In this document: positions 26,458 through 34,848 of the stretch, piece by piece
Position numbering within the stretch: the stretch's first letter is position 1
How the letters are laid out: each line of letters starts with the position of its first letter
DNA from: an uncultured bacterium
GTDB taxonomy: Bacteria > Desulfobacterota > DSM-4660 > Desulfatiglandales > JALVMZ01
Direction of reading: 5' to 3'
NCBI GenBank assembly: GCA_965613025.1
Contig: CBFDUE010000002.1
Span: 13,974-77,973, forward strand
DNA length: 64,000 nucleotides
Made by a program: the position numbers and the translations under genes
Notes under the pieces: generated by a model
Told to the model about the DNA's origin: nothing
What the model saw: only the letters and a program-made list of their open reading frames with translations
Database searches by the model: none

Positions 26458-28463
26458 GAACCTTTACCTACTAATACCTTATCTATAACTTCTTCTATCT
26501 CATCAGCAGTTATAATCTCTATTCCTTCAACAATATGGGGTTCAAGATTTTCAATGTCAGGAAGGTTCTGCTTAGGGAAGACCACAGTCTCAATACCCGC
26601 CCTCTGAGCCGCAAGTATCTTCTCCTTGACTGCCGCAACAGGCAAGATTCGTCCGATAAGGCTCAATTCCCCAGTAATTGCCACACCTGTCTTAGCTTCC
26701 CTTTTAGTTAGCAGTGATATTAATGCCATTGCAATGCTAAGCCCTGCAGATGGCCCATCCTTTGGAATGGCACCTGCTGGAATATGGATATGGATATCCA
26801 TGCCTTTATAGAAATCTGGTGAGATACCAAGTGCTTCAGCATGAGACCTAATATAGCTTAAGGCTATCTGAGCAGATTCTTTAATCACATCTCCAAGAGA
26901 TCCTGTAAGTATCAATTGCTGATTCCCTGGCATGATCTCTGATTCCACAAATATTACGTCCCCTCCAGACTCTGTCCATACAAGTCCTACGGTTACCCCA
27001 ATCCTGGCTTTTAAATTTCTAAATCCCTCTTGATACTTTCTTGGACCAAGTAGATTTTCAACCTCAGAGGCATCCACAACCCTAATTGATTGGGACTTTT
27101 CTGATTCAACCCTGATTCGTGCAAGCTTCCTACATATTTTTGAGATCTCTCTTTCAAGATTCCTAACTCCTGCCTCTCTTGTATAATTGCGGATTATCTT
27201 TTTAATGGCCTCATCACTAAAGTCGGGTGGGTCATTACTCAATGCATTAGCTAAAAGTTGCCTTGGGATCAGATGATTTTTTGCAATCTGAATCTTTTCG
27301 GCTTCTGAATAACCTGTAAATTCAATAACCTCCAGCCTGTCTCTCAATGGATCAGGCAGATCATCCACACTATTTCCTGTCACAATAAACATCACAGCCG
27401 ATAGATCAAAGGGTAGATCAAGATAATAGTCTAAAAATGAACTGTTCTGTTCAGGGTCAAGTATCTCAAGCAGGACTGATACAGGATCACCTTTGAAATC
27501 CTGTCCAATCTTGTCTATCTCATCCAGCATAAACAGTGGATTTGCTACACCCAGGCGTTTCAATTCACCTATTATACGGCCTGGCATGGCTCCCACATAG
27601 GTCCTTCGGTGTCCTCTGAGTTCAGCTTCATCCCTCAGACCAGCAAGCGATAGCCGAGTAAATTTTCTGCCAAGCGCTTTTGAAATGGCCTTTCCTACTG
27701 AAGTCTTTCCAGTTCCTGGAGGCCCTGTAAAACAGAGTATCGGGCCAGATAGATTCTTTATAAATCTCTTCTTTTTCTGTACATCCCTTACAAATTCCTT
27801 CAATTCATTTAGGTTTATGGGTTTACAGAGATAATTTATTGCACCTTCCCTCATGGCCTCTATGGCTGAATCAATGGTTGCATATCCTGTAAAGATTATT
27901 GTCTCAATATTGGGAACAATACGCTTTGCCCTTCGCATAAGTTCAATTCCATCCATCACCTTCATCTTGAGATCAGCAAGCATAAGATCAAAGCCGATTC
28001 TGCTCAGTATCTCAATTGCCTCATTTCCACTCTTTGCCACCTCAACCTCATACCCTTCCTTTAAAAGCACATATTTGAGATTTTCTCTTGCCATTTTCTC
28101 ATCATCCACCACCAGAATCCTAAATGCCTGCCTGGCATATAGTGTTCTTACAGCCAGATAGTCCAGTATCCTCTCCTTTACAGAATTAAGCCCAGTGTGG
28201 TATCTATCCAGTATCTCCTTTGCACGATTGATGTCCAGATTATCATCAGTAAAGTTATTCCACGGAAGATTAACAAGGCAGTCAAGATAGGCAAGGGTAA
28301 TTGTATATTCTGGAGTTGAAGGATCTGTTTTTTCAAGCTTTTCAATCTCCTTGTTTGCAATATCCCTTGCATAGTCTGGCAAGTTCCTCTCCTCAACGGA
28401 TCTTCTTATCTCCATTAGATCCATTGATTCAGATGATTCCTCTTTCTCTTTACGAAAAAACAT
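26454..28463 (-). CDS. lon: LonA-type protease lacking the N-terminal LON domain and carrying an inserted receiver (REC) domain
   Basis: The sequence aligns by eye with E. coli Lon from about residue 250. KERILDYLAV is followed by a roughly 125 aa REC domain (VVDDE, LADLKM, IFTGY, LCKP), then GPILCFTGPPGTGKTS. The catalytic PKDGPSAGLS and KEKILAAQRAG are intact. Confidence 0.85.
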   Translation of the reverse strand: MFFRKEKEESSESMDLMEIRRSVEERNLPDYARDIANKEIEKLEKTDPSTPEYTITLAYLDCLVNLPWNNFTDDNLDINRAKEILDRYHTGLNSVKERILDYLAVRTLYARQAFRILVVDDEKMARENLKYVLLKEGYEVEVAKSGNEAIEILSRIGFDLMLADLKMKVMDGIELMRRAKRIVPNIETIIFTGYATIDSAIEAMREGAINYLCKPINLNELKEFVRDVQKKKRFIKNLSGPILCFTGPPGTGKTSVGKAISKALGRKFTRLSLAGLRDEAELRGHRRTYVGAMPGRIIGELKRLGVANPLFMLDEIDKIGQDFKGDPVSVLLEILDPEQNSSFLDYYLDLPFDLSAVMFIVTGNSVDDLPDPLRDRLEVIEFTGYSEAEKIQIAKNHLIPRQLLANALSNDPPDFSDEAIKKIIRNYTREAGVRNLEREISKICRKLARIRVESEKSQSIRVVDASEVENLLGPRKYQEGFRNLKARIGVTVGLVWTESGGDVIFVESEIMPGNQQLILTGSLGDVIKESAQIALSYIRSHAEALGISPDFYKGMDIHIHIPAGAIPKDGPSAGLSIAMALISLLTKREAKTGVAITGELSLIGRILPVAAVKEKILAAQRAGIETVVFPKQNLPDIENLEPHIVEGIEIITADEIEEVIDKVLVGKGS

Positions 28464-28721
28464 TATTTATACCTCAAATCTTTACTCATCATCCTTTATA
28501 TATCTTAGCCATCATAAAGGCAACCATAAATGAGGACATATGTTGCATATTGCAATATCTGATTTATTCCTGCAACAGGCCTATAACTTACTGATATTAT
28601 TAGAATCATATTAAGGAAGATGCCTTTCTGTTTCAAACTGCAATATTTGTGGTTGATTTTTGATATATTCTAATTTTTTAAAATTTTTAATATATTCAGT
28701 ATGTTAATAGCTTTGGAAATT

Positions 28722-28739
28722 TGGGCATATTAGTTGCTT
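28722..28739 (+). promoter_or_regulatory. Candidate sigma-54 (-24/-12) promoter
   Basis: The sequence tGGGCATATTAGTTGCTt has GG (28724-25) and GC (28736-37) at the canonical 12-nt offset. It lies about 30 nt upstream of the ORF at 28768. Confidence 0.5.
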
Positions 28740-28767
28740 ATATAAATTTTAAAAATATTTAGGAGGT

Positions 28768-28953
28768 ATGGGAATCATGGGATGGTTAGAGAGATTTCAA
28801 AGGATCTTTATGGCAGCCTCATTTGCGGAAGCTGGAGAATGGGACACGGCGAGAAAGATGGTAAAGGAAGGTGAGACAAAAAGGCTGAGCAAAAGGGTCA
28901 GTAAAAGGATTGCCCGCAGGGCACGTCCTATGGCTCGTGTTTACAAGGCTTGA
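28768..28953 (+). CDS. Small basic protein with an ERF..FAEAGE module, hypothetical
   Basis: SD AGGAGG is present. The 61 aa ORF shares LERFQRIFMAASFAEAGEWDTARKMVKE with the N-terminus of the next gene. The C-terminus is Arg/Lys-rich. Confidence 0.5.
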   Translation: MGIMGWLERFQRIFMAASFAEAGEWDTARKMVKEGETKRLSKRVSKRIARRARPMARVYKA

Positions 28954-28993
28954 TCAAGACACACAAATCAATCTTTAATTAGGAGGACTGGAA

Positions 28994-29560
28994 ATGCTGA
29001 GCAAGATAAAGAAAAGGTTTGTTAAGAATAGGGACGTGGAATTAGAGAAAAAGAGTACCCTTACCGAACGATTCCACAAGACGATGGAGGCCATCACTTT
29101 TGCTGAGGCCGGGGCCCCGCAGGCAGCTCAACAGATCATTGAGGAGTATGAGGCAGAGCCAAGGAAGGTCTTAGTTGTGGGCAAAGAGGAAATCTTTTCA
29201 AAGCATGTTATGGATTATGCCTTGGGGTTCGCTGAAAGGATGGGCTATGAAATAGTAGCGCTAAATATTCTACCCTTGCCTACGGATTCTCCTAAATTGG
29301 CTCCTTATTACAGCCTTATTAGTGACGATTTTAAAAACAAGTGTGAAGAGAGTGTGTCAAATTTTTATAATGCCTGCAAAGAGAGAGGAATAGGGTTTCA
29401 GCACTTGGTTAAGATTGGAGACCCTGAGCAGTGCATTAAAGAAACTCATAGGGAGATAAAGCGGATAGAGTTTGTCATTTGTGATCCCGATTTGTGCTCC
29501 AGCATGGCTGATGAGGTGGAGGAGGGGATCATTCCGGTGTTTTGCTTGGCTAATGTCTAA
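28994..29560 (+). CDS. Protein with an N-terminal ERF..FAEAG module and a USP-like (universal stress protein fold) C-terminal domain
   Basis: SD AGGAGG is present. The N-terminus reads TERFHKTMEAITFAEAGAPQAAQQIIEE. The C-terminal KVLVVGKEE...VMDYALGFAERMGYEIVALNIL...VICDPD pattern resembles USP. The call is moderate. Confidence 0.55.
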   Translation: MLSKIKKRFVKNRDVELEKKSTLTERFHKTMEAITFAEAGAPQAAQQIIEEYEAEPRKVLVVGKEEIFSKHVMDYALGFAERMGYEIVALNILPLPTDSPKLAPYYSLISDDFKNKCEESVSNFYNACKERGIGFQHLVKIGDPEQCIKETHREIKRIEFVICDPDLCSSMADEVEEGIIPVFCLANV

Positions 29561-29613
29561 GGGAGGGACTATCCGCTTTGCTTATAAGATGACAGAAACG
29601 GAGGGTGGCAAAA

Positions 29614-29700
29614 ATGGATAGACATTTCTTGTTTGGTATCGCATTAATTCTTTGTTGCTTTTTTCTGTGCTTCTTTTTCCGCAAGGAAAATAAAAAATGA
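29614..29700 (+). CDS. Possible 28-aa Cys-rich hydrophobic micropeptide (MDRHFLFGIALILCCFFLCFFFRKENKK)
   Basis: GGAGGG lies 8 nt upstream of the ATG. The ORF has a single TM-like segment. There is no homology evidence and it is below the ORF-track cutoff. Confidence 0.2.
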   Translation: MDRHFLFGIALILCCFFLCFFFRKENKK

Positions 29701-29816
29701 AAAATCTTCTTTGGTGGCCTTAGCGATAAACATCCTTCCGAAGGAGAGCAAAGGCCCATCAGCCCTTTCCTGGCCCCAGAGGAATCACGCCAATTTCCCG
29801 TCTCTTTTAATTGCAA

Positions 29817-31631
29817 TTATTTCACACCATAAAAGAAATATATAATCGTTAGCATTACTACCAGGAAGATGATGGTCATGAAAGCACCGGCCTTGGCGTA
29901 GTCCACGGTGCGATACCCACCCGGGCGCATGATTAAAGCGTTGACCTGATGGGTGGGGAGTACAAATGTGTTGGAGGCGGACAATCCCACAACCAAAGCC
30001 GCCATTCTGGGGTCTCCTCCTGCCATAACTGCCATATTCATACAAAGGGGCACAAGCAAGACAGTGGCTCCCACGTTGGAAATGACGAGGGTAAAAAACG
30101 AAGTCATCACACCAACTATGGCAAGTAAACCAATAGGTGAGACTTGCCCAACAATGTCCAACACCTTCTTTGCGATGAATGCGGCAGTGCCTGTTTGTTC
30201 AAAGGCAATTCCCAGGGGAATCAATCCGCCCAGTAAAAACACAGTCATCCAGTCTACTGAATGGTAGGCCTCGTCAACAGAAAGCACACCGGTGATAATC
30301 ATCCCAAGAGCCCCAGACATGAGAGCAACCGACAGACGGACATCGAAGAAAATTATTTGTGCCAGCGCAACCACGAGCCATATGACAGCCCACTTGGCCT
30401 TTTCAGGCCTCAAAATCTCGCCCTCTAAGGGGGTCGCAAAGGTTAGAATACGGGGCTGGGGTAAATTTTTTATCCTGTGGAATCGATCCCATGGACCCTG
30501 CAGCAGTATCGTATCTCCCATCTTAAGCTTTACATGATTAATCCCCGCATAGTAAATCCTTGAGCCCTTGTTCACAGCCACAGGATTGATTCCAAAGCGC
30601 TCCTGGAATTTTGTCTGTCCCAGGGTCTTACCAATGAGCTCTGAACGAGGAGACACCACTGTTTCCACAAGACCAGCGTTAGTTCGGGCAAACTCATCGG
30701 CAAAAAAATCAAGCCCGGCCTTTAAGGCCCACCCCTTGTCCTGAGCGAGCCTCTGGACCCTTTCGAGCGCCCCCATTATCACGATGTCATCCCCAGGAGA
30801 TATGGTATCAGCCTTGGATGCGGTCAATTTCTTCTTGCCTGTCTTCACGTTTCCTATTGCAACCACCGTCACCAGGTAATCCCTTCTTATATTTAACTCC
30901 TCAAGTGTCTTGGGACCATCGAAATCCTCTGGAATATGGAGCTCATAGGGCTGGTCGAGGGCCTGGTATTCTTGTACCAACATGGCCGTTATACCCTTGT
31001 CTCCCTCTCCTTTGCTGGCAGGAAGCACAAACTTACCGAAAAGGAGAAAATAAAGCACTGCACTGGAAAGCAGACACACACCGATTGGTGTCTGAGTGAA
31101 CAGGCCGAAAGGCTCCAGCTTTTTGCCACCTAAAACCAGGAGGTCATTCAAGAGAATAGTTGGGCTTGCTCCAACGAGGGTCAAGGTTCCACCTATGATG
31201 GCGCAAAACCCCATGGGCATGAGGAGCCGGGAAACCGGGATATCCAGCCGCTTGGCAATACGCTGGGCCGCAGGGAGAAAAAGTGCAGCAGCTCCAATAT
31301 TTTGCATCATTGATGAGATTAAGCCTACTGTCGTAGCAATAAGGGCCATTATCCGCTTCTCACTGTGCCCGCCCAACTTGATTATTGGAGCAGCCACCTT
31401 ATTCATAACACCGGTCTTGTCTAGCCCTGCCCCTATAATTATTACCGCAATGATTGATACAACCGCGTTACTGCTCAGGCCAGAGAAGGCCTGCTGTGGG
31501 GTAACGAGGCCTATCAGCGGCAAAAGCACCATCATAATGATGCCTACCACATCAACCCGCACCCATTCAAAAACGAACAGAACAATGGCAAATGCAAGCA
31601 CAATTAGAGTAAGAATCATATCAGTTGTCAT
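29817..31631 (-). CDS. SLC13/DASS-type permease with two central TrkA_C (RCK_C) domains
   Basis: 604 aa. Two membrane halves flank a soluble insert with a TrkA_C-like pattern (GKTLGQTKFQERFGINPVAV...GDTILLQG). Confidence 0.75.
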   Translation of the reverse strand: MTTDMILTLIVLAFAIVLFVFEWVRVDVVGIIMMVLLPLIGLVTPQQAFSGLSSNAVVSIIAVIIIGAGLDKTGVMNKVAAPIIKLGGHSEKRIMALIATTVGLISSMMQNIGAAALFLPAAQRIAKRLDIPVSRLLMPMGFCAIIGGTLTLVGASPTILLNDLLVLGGKKLEPFGLFTQTPIGVCLLSSAVLYFLLFGKFVLPASKGEGDKGITAMLVQEYQALDQPYELHIPEDFDGPKTLEELNIRRDYLVTVVAIGNVKTGKKKLTASKADTISPGDDIVIMGALERVQRLAQDKGWALKAGLDFFADEFARTNAGLVETVVSPRSELIGKTLGQTKFQERFGINPVAVNKGSRIYYAGINHVKLKMGDTILLQGPWDRFHRIKNLPQPRILTFATPLEGEILRPEKAKWAVIWLVVALAQIIFFDVRLSVALMSGALGMIITGVLSVDEAYHSVDWMTVFLLGGLIPLGIAFEQTGTAAFIAKKVLDIVGQVSPIGLLAIVGVMTSFFTLVISNVGATVLLVPLCMNMAVMAGGDPRMAALVVGLSASNTFVLPTHQVNALIMRPGGYRTVDYAKAGAFMTIIFLVVMLTIIYFFYGVK

Positions 31632-31793
31632 AGCCTATTCCTCCGTCTCAGTAATTTTGAAGCGCATCCGGCTCTGGACTTCGCAGACGGATGCATTTCA
31701 CTCTGAAACAAAGACAAGCTATCCCTACCAGATTGTGAAAAAAATTGCAAGAAAGTAAATAAGGCAACCCACTATTCTGTGGGTGGAAATTGA

Positions 31794-32693
31794 TCATGAA
31801 TAATCTGGTGGATGCACATCACAATGAACCTCCTTTACCCCAGGGATGGAACCCACTATATTAAGAACTTCCTTGAATATATCTTTCATGATCCTTTCCT
31901 TCACCTTCTCTTGAACCTCCAAGCGGCTTGCCCCTGTCTTTCTGATTTTTCCAGCCTCTACCTTAAGTTGAACCACCCCCTTTGAGACGGTAACCTCTGC
32001 CTCGCATAAACCAAATAGGGCAGCCTCCACGTGGGTTCTCAAAGCCAGATCAGCCAAATTCTGTAAAACTTTCTCATCAACCCTGAATTGCTCACTCTCT
32101 GCCGCAGTACATATGAGATCGCAGGCCTCATCTATCCCTAACCGGTCAATGCGAATGATCATGTCATAGAGCATTGGATTGTTGATTTCCCTATTGTAAA
32201 GATACCGCGTCCACAGCACCCTCTGCCTGTCATCTGCTTTTATCCTTTTCAGAGCCTCGTCCTTAGAAATCCCCTCTTGTTGCTGCATAAAAGCTACCCT
32301 GCTTTCTAAATCCGCTATTATCCGTACTTTGAGCACATTGGGAAATTCTGGGATCAAAAGATGTCCGGCATGACCATGGTATACCACATTGTCATTCTTC
32401 ACATGCTCCAGGAGGGCTGCCTTTATGTAAAGTAGATAACGCTCGCGACCATGAGTTATTCTTTCAAGAATGGAGGGAGCGTCATGTATGGACTTGGTGA
32501 GCTTCAACTCTGGCACATCAAAAAATTTAGAGGCCTCTATCAGCACCTCCCTACTAATACACTCATAGCCCAATTTGGCTGCCACCTTTTCAGCAATCTC
32601 TTTGCCGTGACTGAAAGACCCTCTGGAAATGGTTATTATGGCCACTGGGGATCTCCTCCTTTCTGCTCGGTTTAAGGTCTGCCCTTGAAGCAT
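31794..32693 (-). CDS. Cytidylate-kinase-like family protein with a C-terminal BON-like domain
   Basis: The N-terminus ITISRGSFSHGKEIAEKVAAKLGYECISREV is a P-loop-like Cytidylate_kin2 pattern. The C-terminal VTVSKGVVQLKVEAG....IPGVKEVHCDV is BON-like. Confidence 0.55.
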   Translation of the reverse strand: MLQGQTLNRAERRRSPVAIITISRGSFSHGKEIAEKVAAKLGYECISREVLIEASKFFDVPELKLTKSIHDAPSILERITHGRERYLLYIKAALLEHVKNDNVVYHGHAGHLLIPEFPNVLKVRIIADLESRVAFMQQQEGISKDEALKRIKADDRQRVLWTRYLYNREINNPMLYDMIIRIDRLGIDEACDLICTAAESEQFRVDEKVLQNLADLALRTHVEAALFGLCEAEVTVSKGVVQLKVEAGKIRKTGASRLEVQEKVKERIMKDIFKEVLNIVGSIPGVKEVHCDVHPPDYS

Positions 32694-32971
32694 GGATGTT
32701 TTGGTTTATGAGATTTCTTTTCAAAAAGAGACACAGCTTCTGGAAAATAAAATTTAGTTTACCTTATTTAGCTATTGGGATCAATTCCTTTTTTTACGTA
32801 AAAACGGATGAGTCTTAGTGTTCTGTCATTGAAATACCGCCCTTCTTCTAACCTTTGTGGTAGTTGAAAGTACCTCCGAATGTATTATATGCGAAAATTT
32901 CATCTGCCAGAGTAACTTGATTTAAACATTTATCTATAGACCAAAGATAATCTCTTTGGTATGATAATTTT

Positions 32972-33394
32972 ATGAAGGGTCTATTGCTTAGATGGTTTAT
33001 ACTTTCCCTTTCCATATTACTCACATCCTATATATTAGATGGAATAGAGGTTAGTGGCTTCTTTAGCGCCTTCTTTGCAGCGGCCATCTTAGGAGTATTG
33101 AATGCCTTTCTAAGGCCAGTCCTTATAATACTCACTCTGCCTTTAAACATAATAACTTTGGGTCTCTTTACATTTATTATAAATGCCATGCTTCTTAAGA
33201 TGGCATCCAGTGTAATTATGGGTTTTGAGGTTCATGGATTTTGGGCTGCCATATTTGGCTCTCTATTTATAAGCACAATTGGGTGGATACTAAATCTTTT
33301 TATCGGAGCACATGGAAATATTGAATATCTTAAGAAAACGAAGAGAAAAAAGGTAATTGATTTAAAAGAGACAGAGAGAGACTTTTGGGAATAA
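32972..33394 (+). CDS. Phage holin family IV / DUF360 (YvlD-like) membrane protein
   Basis: It has four TM segments. The pattern ILGVLNAFLRPVLIILTLPLNIITLGLFTFIINA is typical of PF04020. Confidence 0.7.
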   Translation: MKGLLLRWFILSLSILLTSYILDGIEVSGFFSAFFAAAILGVLNAFLRPVLIILTLPLNIITLGLFTFIINAMLLKMASSVIMGFEVHGFWAAIFGSLFISTIGWILNLFIGAHGNIEYLKKTKRKKVIDLKETERDFWE

Positions 33395-33396
33395 CC

Positions 33397-34197
33397 TCAG
33401 CTTTTAAATAGCCCTTTTATCTTTTCATGACTTATTCTGAGATAATCCCTGTCCCTGGAAAATACCTCTAAGGTAATTGTTCCTCTGTAGTCTATATCCT
33501 TTAGGGAAGTTATTATTTGCTCTAAGGGCAGATTTCCTGCTCCCAGGGGTAGATGTTCATCTGACTTTCCAAAGTTATCGCTAAGATGCACATGCCTTAT
33601 ATGATCTTTAAATGTCTTTATAAATTCCAGTGTCCTCTTAGAGCCCCTATCCCCAATATGTGCATGGGCAGGATCATAAGTGATTCCAATGGAAGGAAAC
33701 CGATCTAAGAGTTCAAAGAAGTCTTCAATTTCTGTCATAAGTCCAGATCTTTCAAACATATTTTCCACACAGAGTTCAATTCCCAATTCATTTGCCACAT
33801 TGACTACTTCTTCCAAAAATTCCATTGCCATCTCTTTTATCTCTTCTTTTAAAAATGAACCCAGTCCTCTTATGGAAGGGGGATGGATGGTAATCCTTAA
33901 AGGGGATAACAAAGAGGCAACCCTTAAGGATTCCATTATCTCTTTTTGGGATGCGGCCCTGATTGAAGGGGTAAGATCCGCAGGACTTAGAAATGTGGGC
34001 ATATGACACAATACCTTCAGTCCGAATTGAATTGTGGCATCTCTTATCTTATCTATCTTTGTCTCTATCTCTTTGTAATGCGAAAGAGGTGCATCCATAG
34101 TGATCTCAATAAAGTCAAATCCCATCCTGCCAATGGTATGGATCTCATCTAAAAGATCCCTTAAAGGAGAATTCATGGCACCAAAAAGAATATTCAT
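33397..34197 (-). CDS. Sugar phosphate isomerase/epimerase (xylose isomerase-like TIM barrel)
   Basis: 266 aa with the AP_endonuc_2 pattern: FDFIEITMD, CVENMFE, YDPAHAHI, HVHLSDN, TLEVF. Confidence 0.75.
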   Translation of the reverse strand: MNILFGAMNSPLRDLLDEIHTIGRMGFDFIEITMDAPLSHYKEIETKIDKIRDATIQFGLKVLCHMPTFLSPADLTPSIRAASQKEIMESLRVASLLSPLRITIHPPSIRGLGSFLKEEIKEMAMEFLEEVVNVANELGIELCVENMFERSGLMTEIEDFFELLDRFPSIGITYDPAHAHIGDRGSKRTLEFIKTFKDHIRHVHLSDNFGKSDEHLPLGAGNLPLEQIITSLKDIDYRGTITLEVFSRDRDYLRISHEKIKGLFKS

Positions 34198-34212
34198 CTT
34201 TTAAGGAATCTC

Positions 34213-34572
34213 CTATTCTTTTATAAGAGAAAATCTGATTCCATGATCAGTAACCACTATAAATCTATCCTTAATTTTATTTTTATATCTGTTTAATAAC
34301 TCTCTAAGAACCTTTATTTTATTAGGAAATCTTTCATCATCTAATCTTAGAAGGATGATACCCTTATGGGGTCTTCCCTCTCTATATACTTTAGTTCCAA
34401 AGTCTTTATCACTGGTAATTAAAATCCATTCTTCAGTATAGGCCTTTTCTAAAATCTTATCATCGTCCAAACCTCTTTCTTGCTCATAAACAGAAAATAC
34501 TTCATATCCTTCTTCTCTCAACCAGTTAGCTACATTTGGTCCAATACACTCATCAACCATAAATCGCATCAA
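34213..34572 (-). CDS. DUF5615 (PIN-like) putative toxin
   Basis: MRFMVDECIGPNVANWLREEGYEV...ILITSDKDFG matches the DUF5615/Mut7-C-like pattern. It overlaps the upstream DUF433 gene by 4 nt. Confidence 0.7.
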   Translation of the reverse strand: MMRFMVDECIGPNVANWLREEGYEVFSVYEQERGLDDDKILEKAYTEEWILITSDKDFGTKVYREGRPHKGIILLRLDDERFPNKIKVLRELLNRYKNKIKDRFIVVTDHGIRFSLIKE

Positions 34573-34829
34573 ATGGCCTCTTTCTCTAAGGGGAGAAAAT
34601 CAACTTCACTGAGGGAACGACTGGCAAAAAGGAGACAGGCTTTTATATCATCTTCCGTAAGCCCCTTATATTCCTCTAAAATTTCATCTACCTTCACCCC
34701 TTGAGCTAAAATTTTTAAGATATATTCAACTGTAAGTCTTGTGCCTTTAATAATAGGTTTTCCTACCATTATATTAGGATTTATTTCTATTCTTTCCATA
34801 AGATTTTTGTCCATATTTAACTCCTTCAA
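34569..34829 (-). CDS. DUF433 putative antitoxin
   Basis: The pattern IEINPNIMVGKPIIKGTRLTVEYILKILAQG...ILEEYKGLTEDDIKACLLFA matches DUF433. Confidence 0.75.
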   Translation of the reverse strand: MKELNMDKNLMERIEINPNIMVGKPIIKGTRLTVEYILKILAQGVKVDEILEEYKGLTEDDIKACLLFASRSLSEVDFLPLEKEAI

Positions 34830-34848
34830 ACTTCTTTAACTTAAACAT

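Noticed and set aside
31096-31758. 220-aa plus-strand ORF
   Set aside because: It is entirely antisense to the SLC13 transporter gene in a GC-rich stretch. The translation is Arg/Ala/Pro/Ser-rich with no motifs, a typical shadow ORF in GC-richer DNA.
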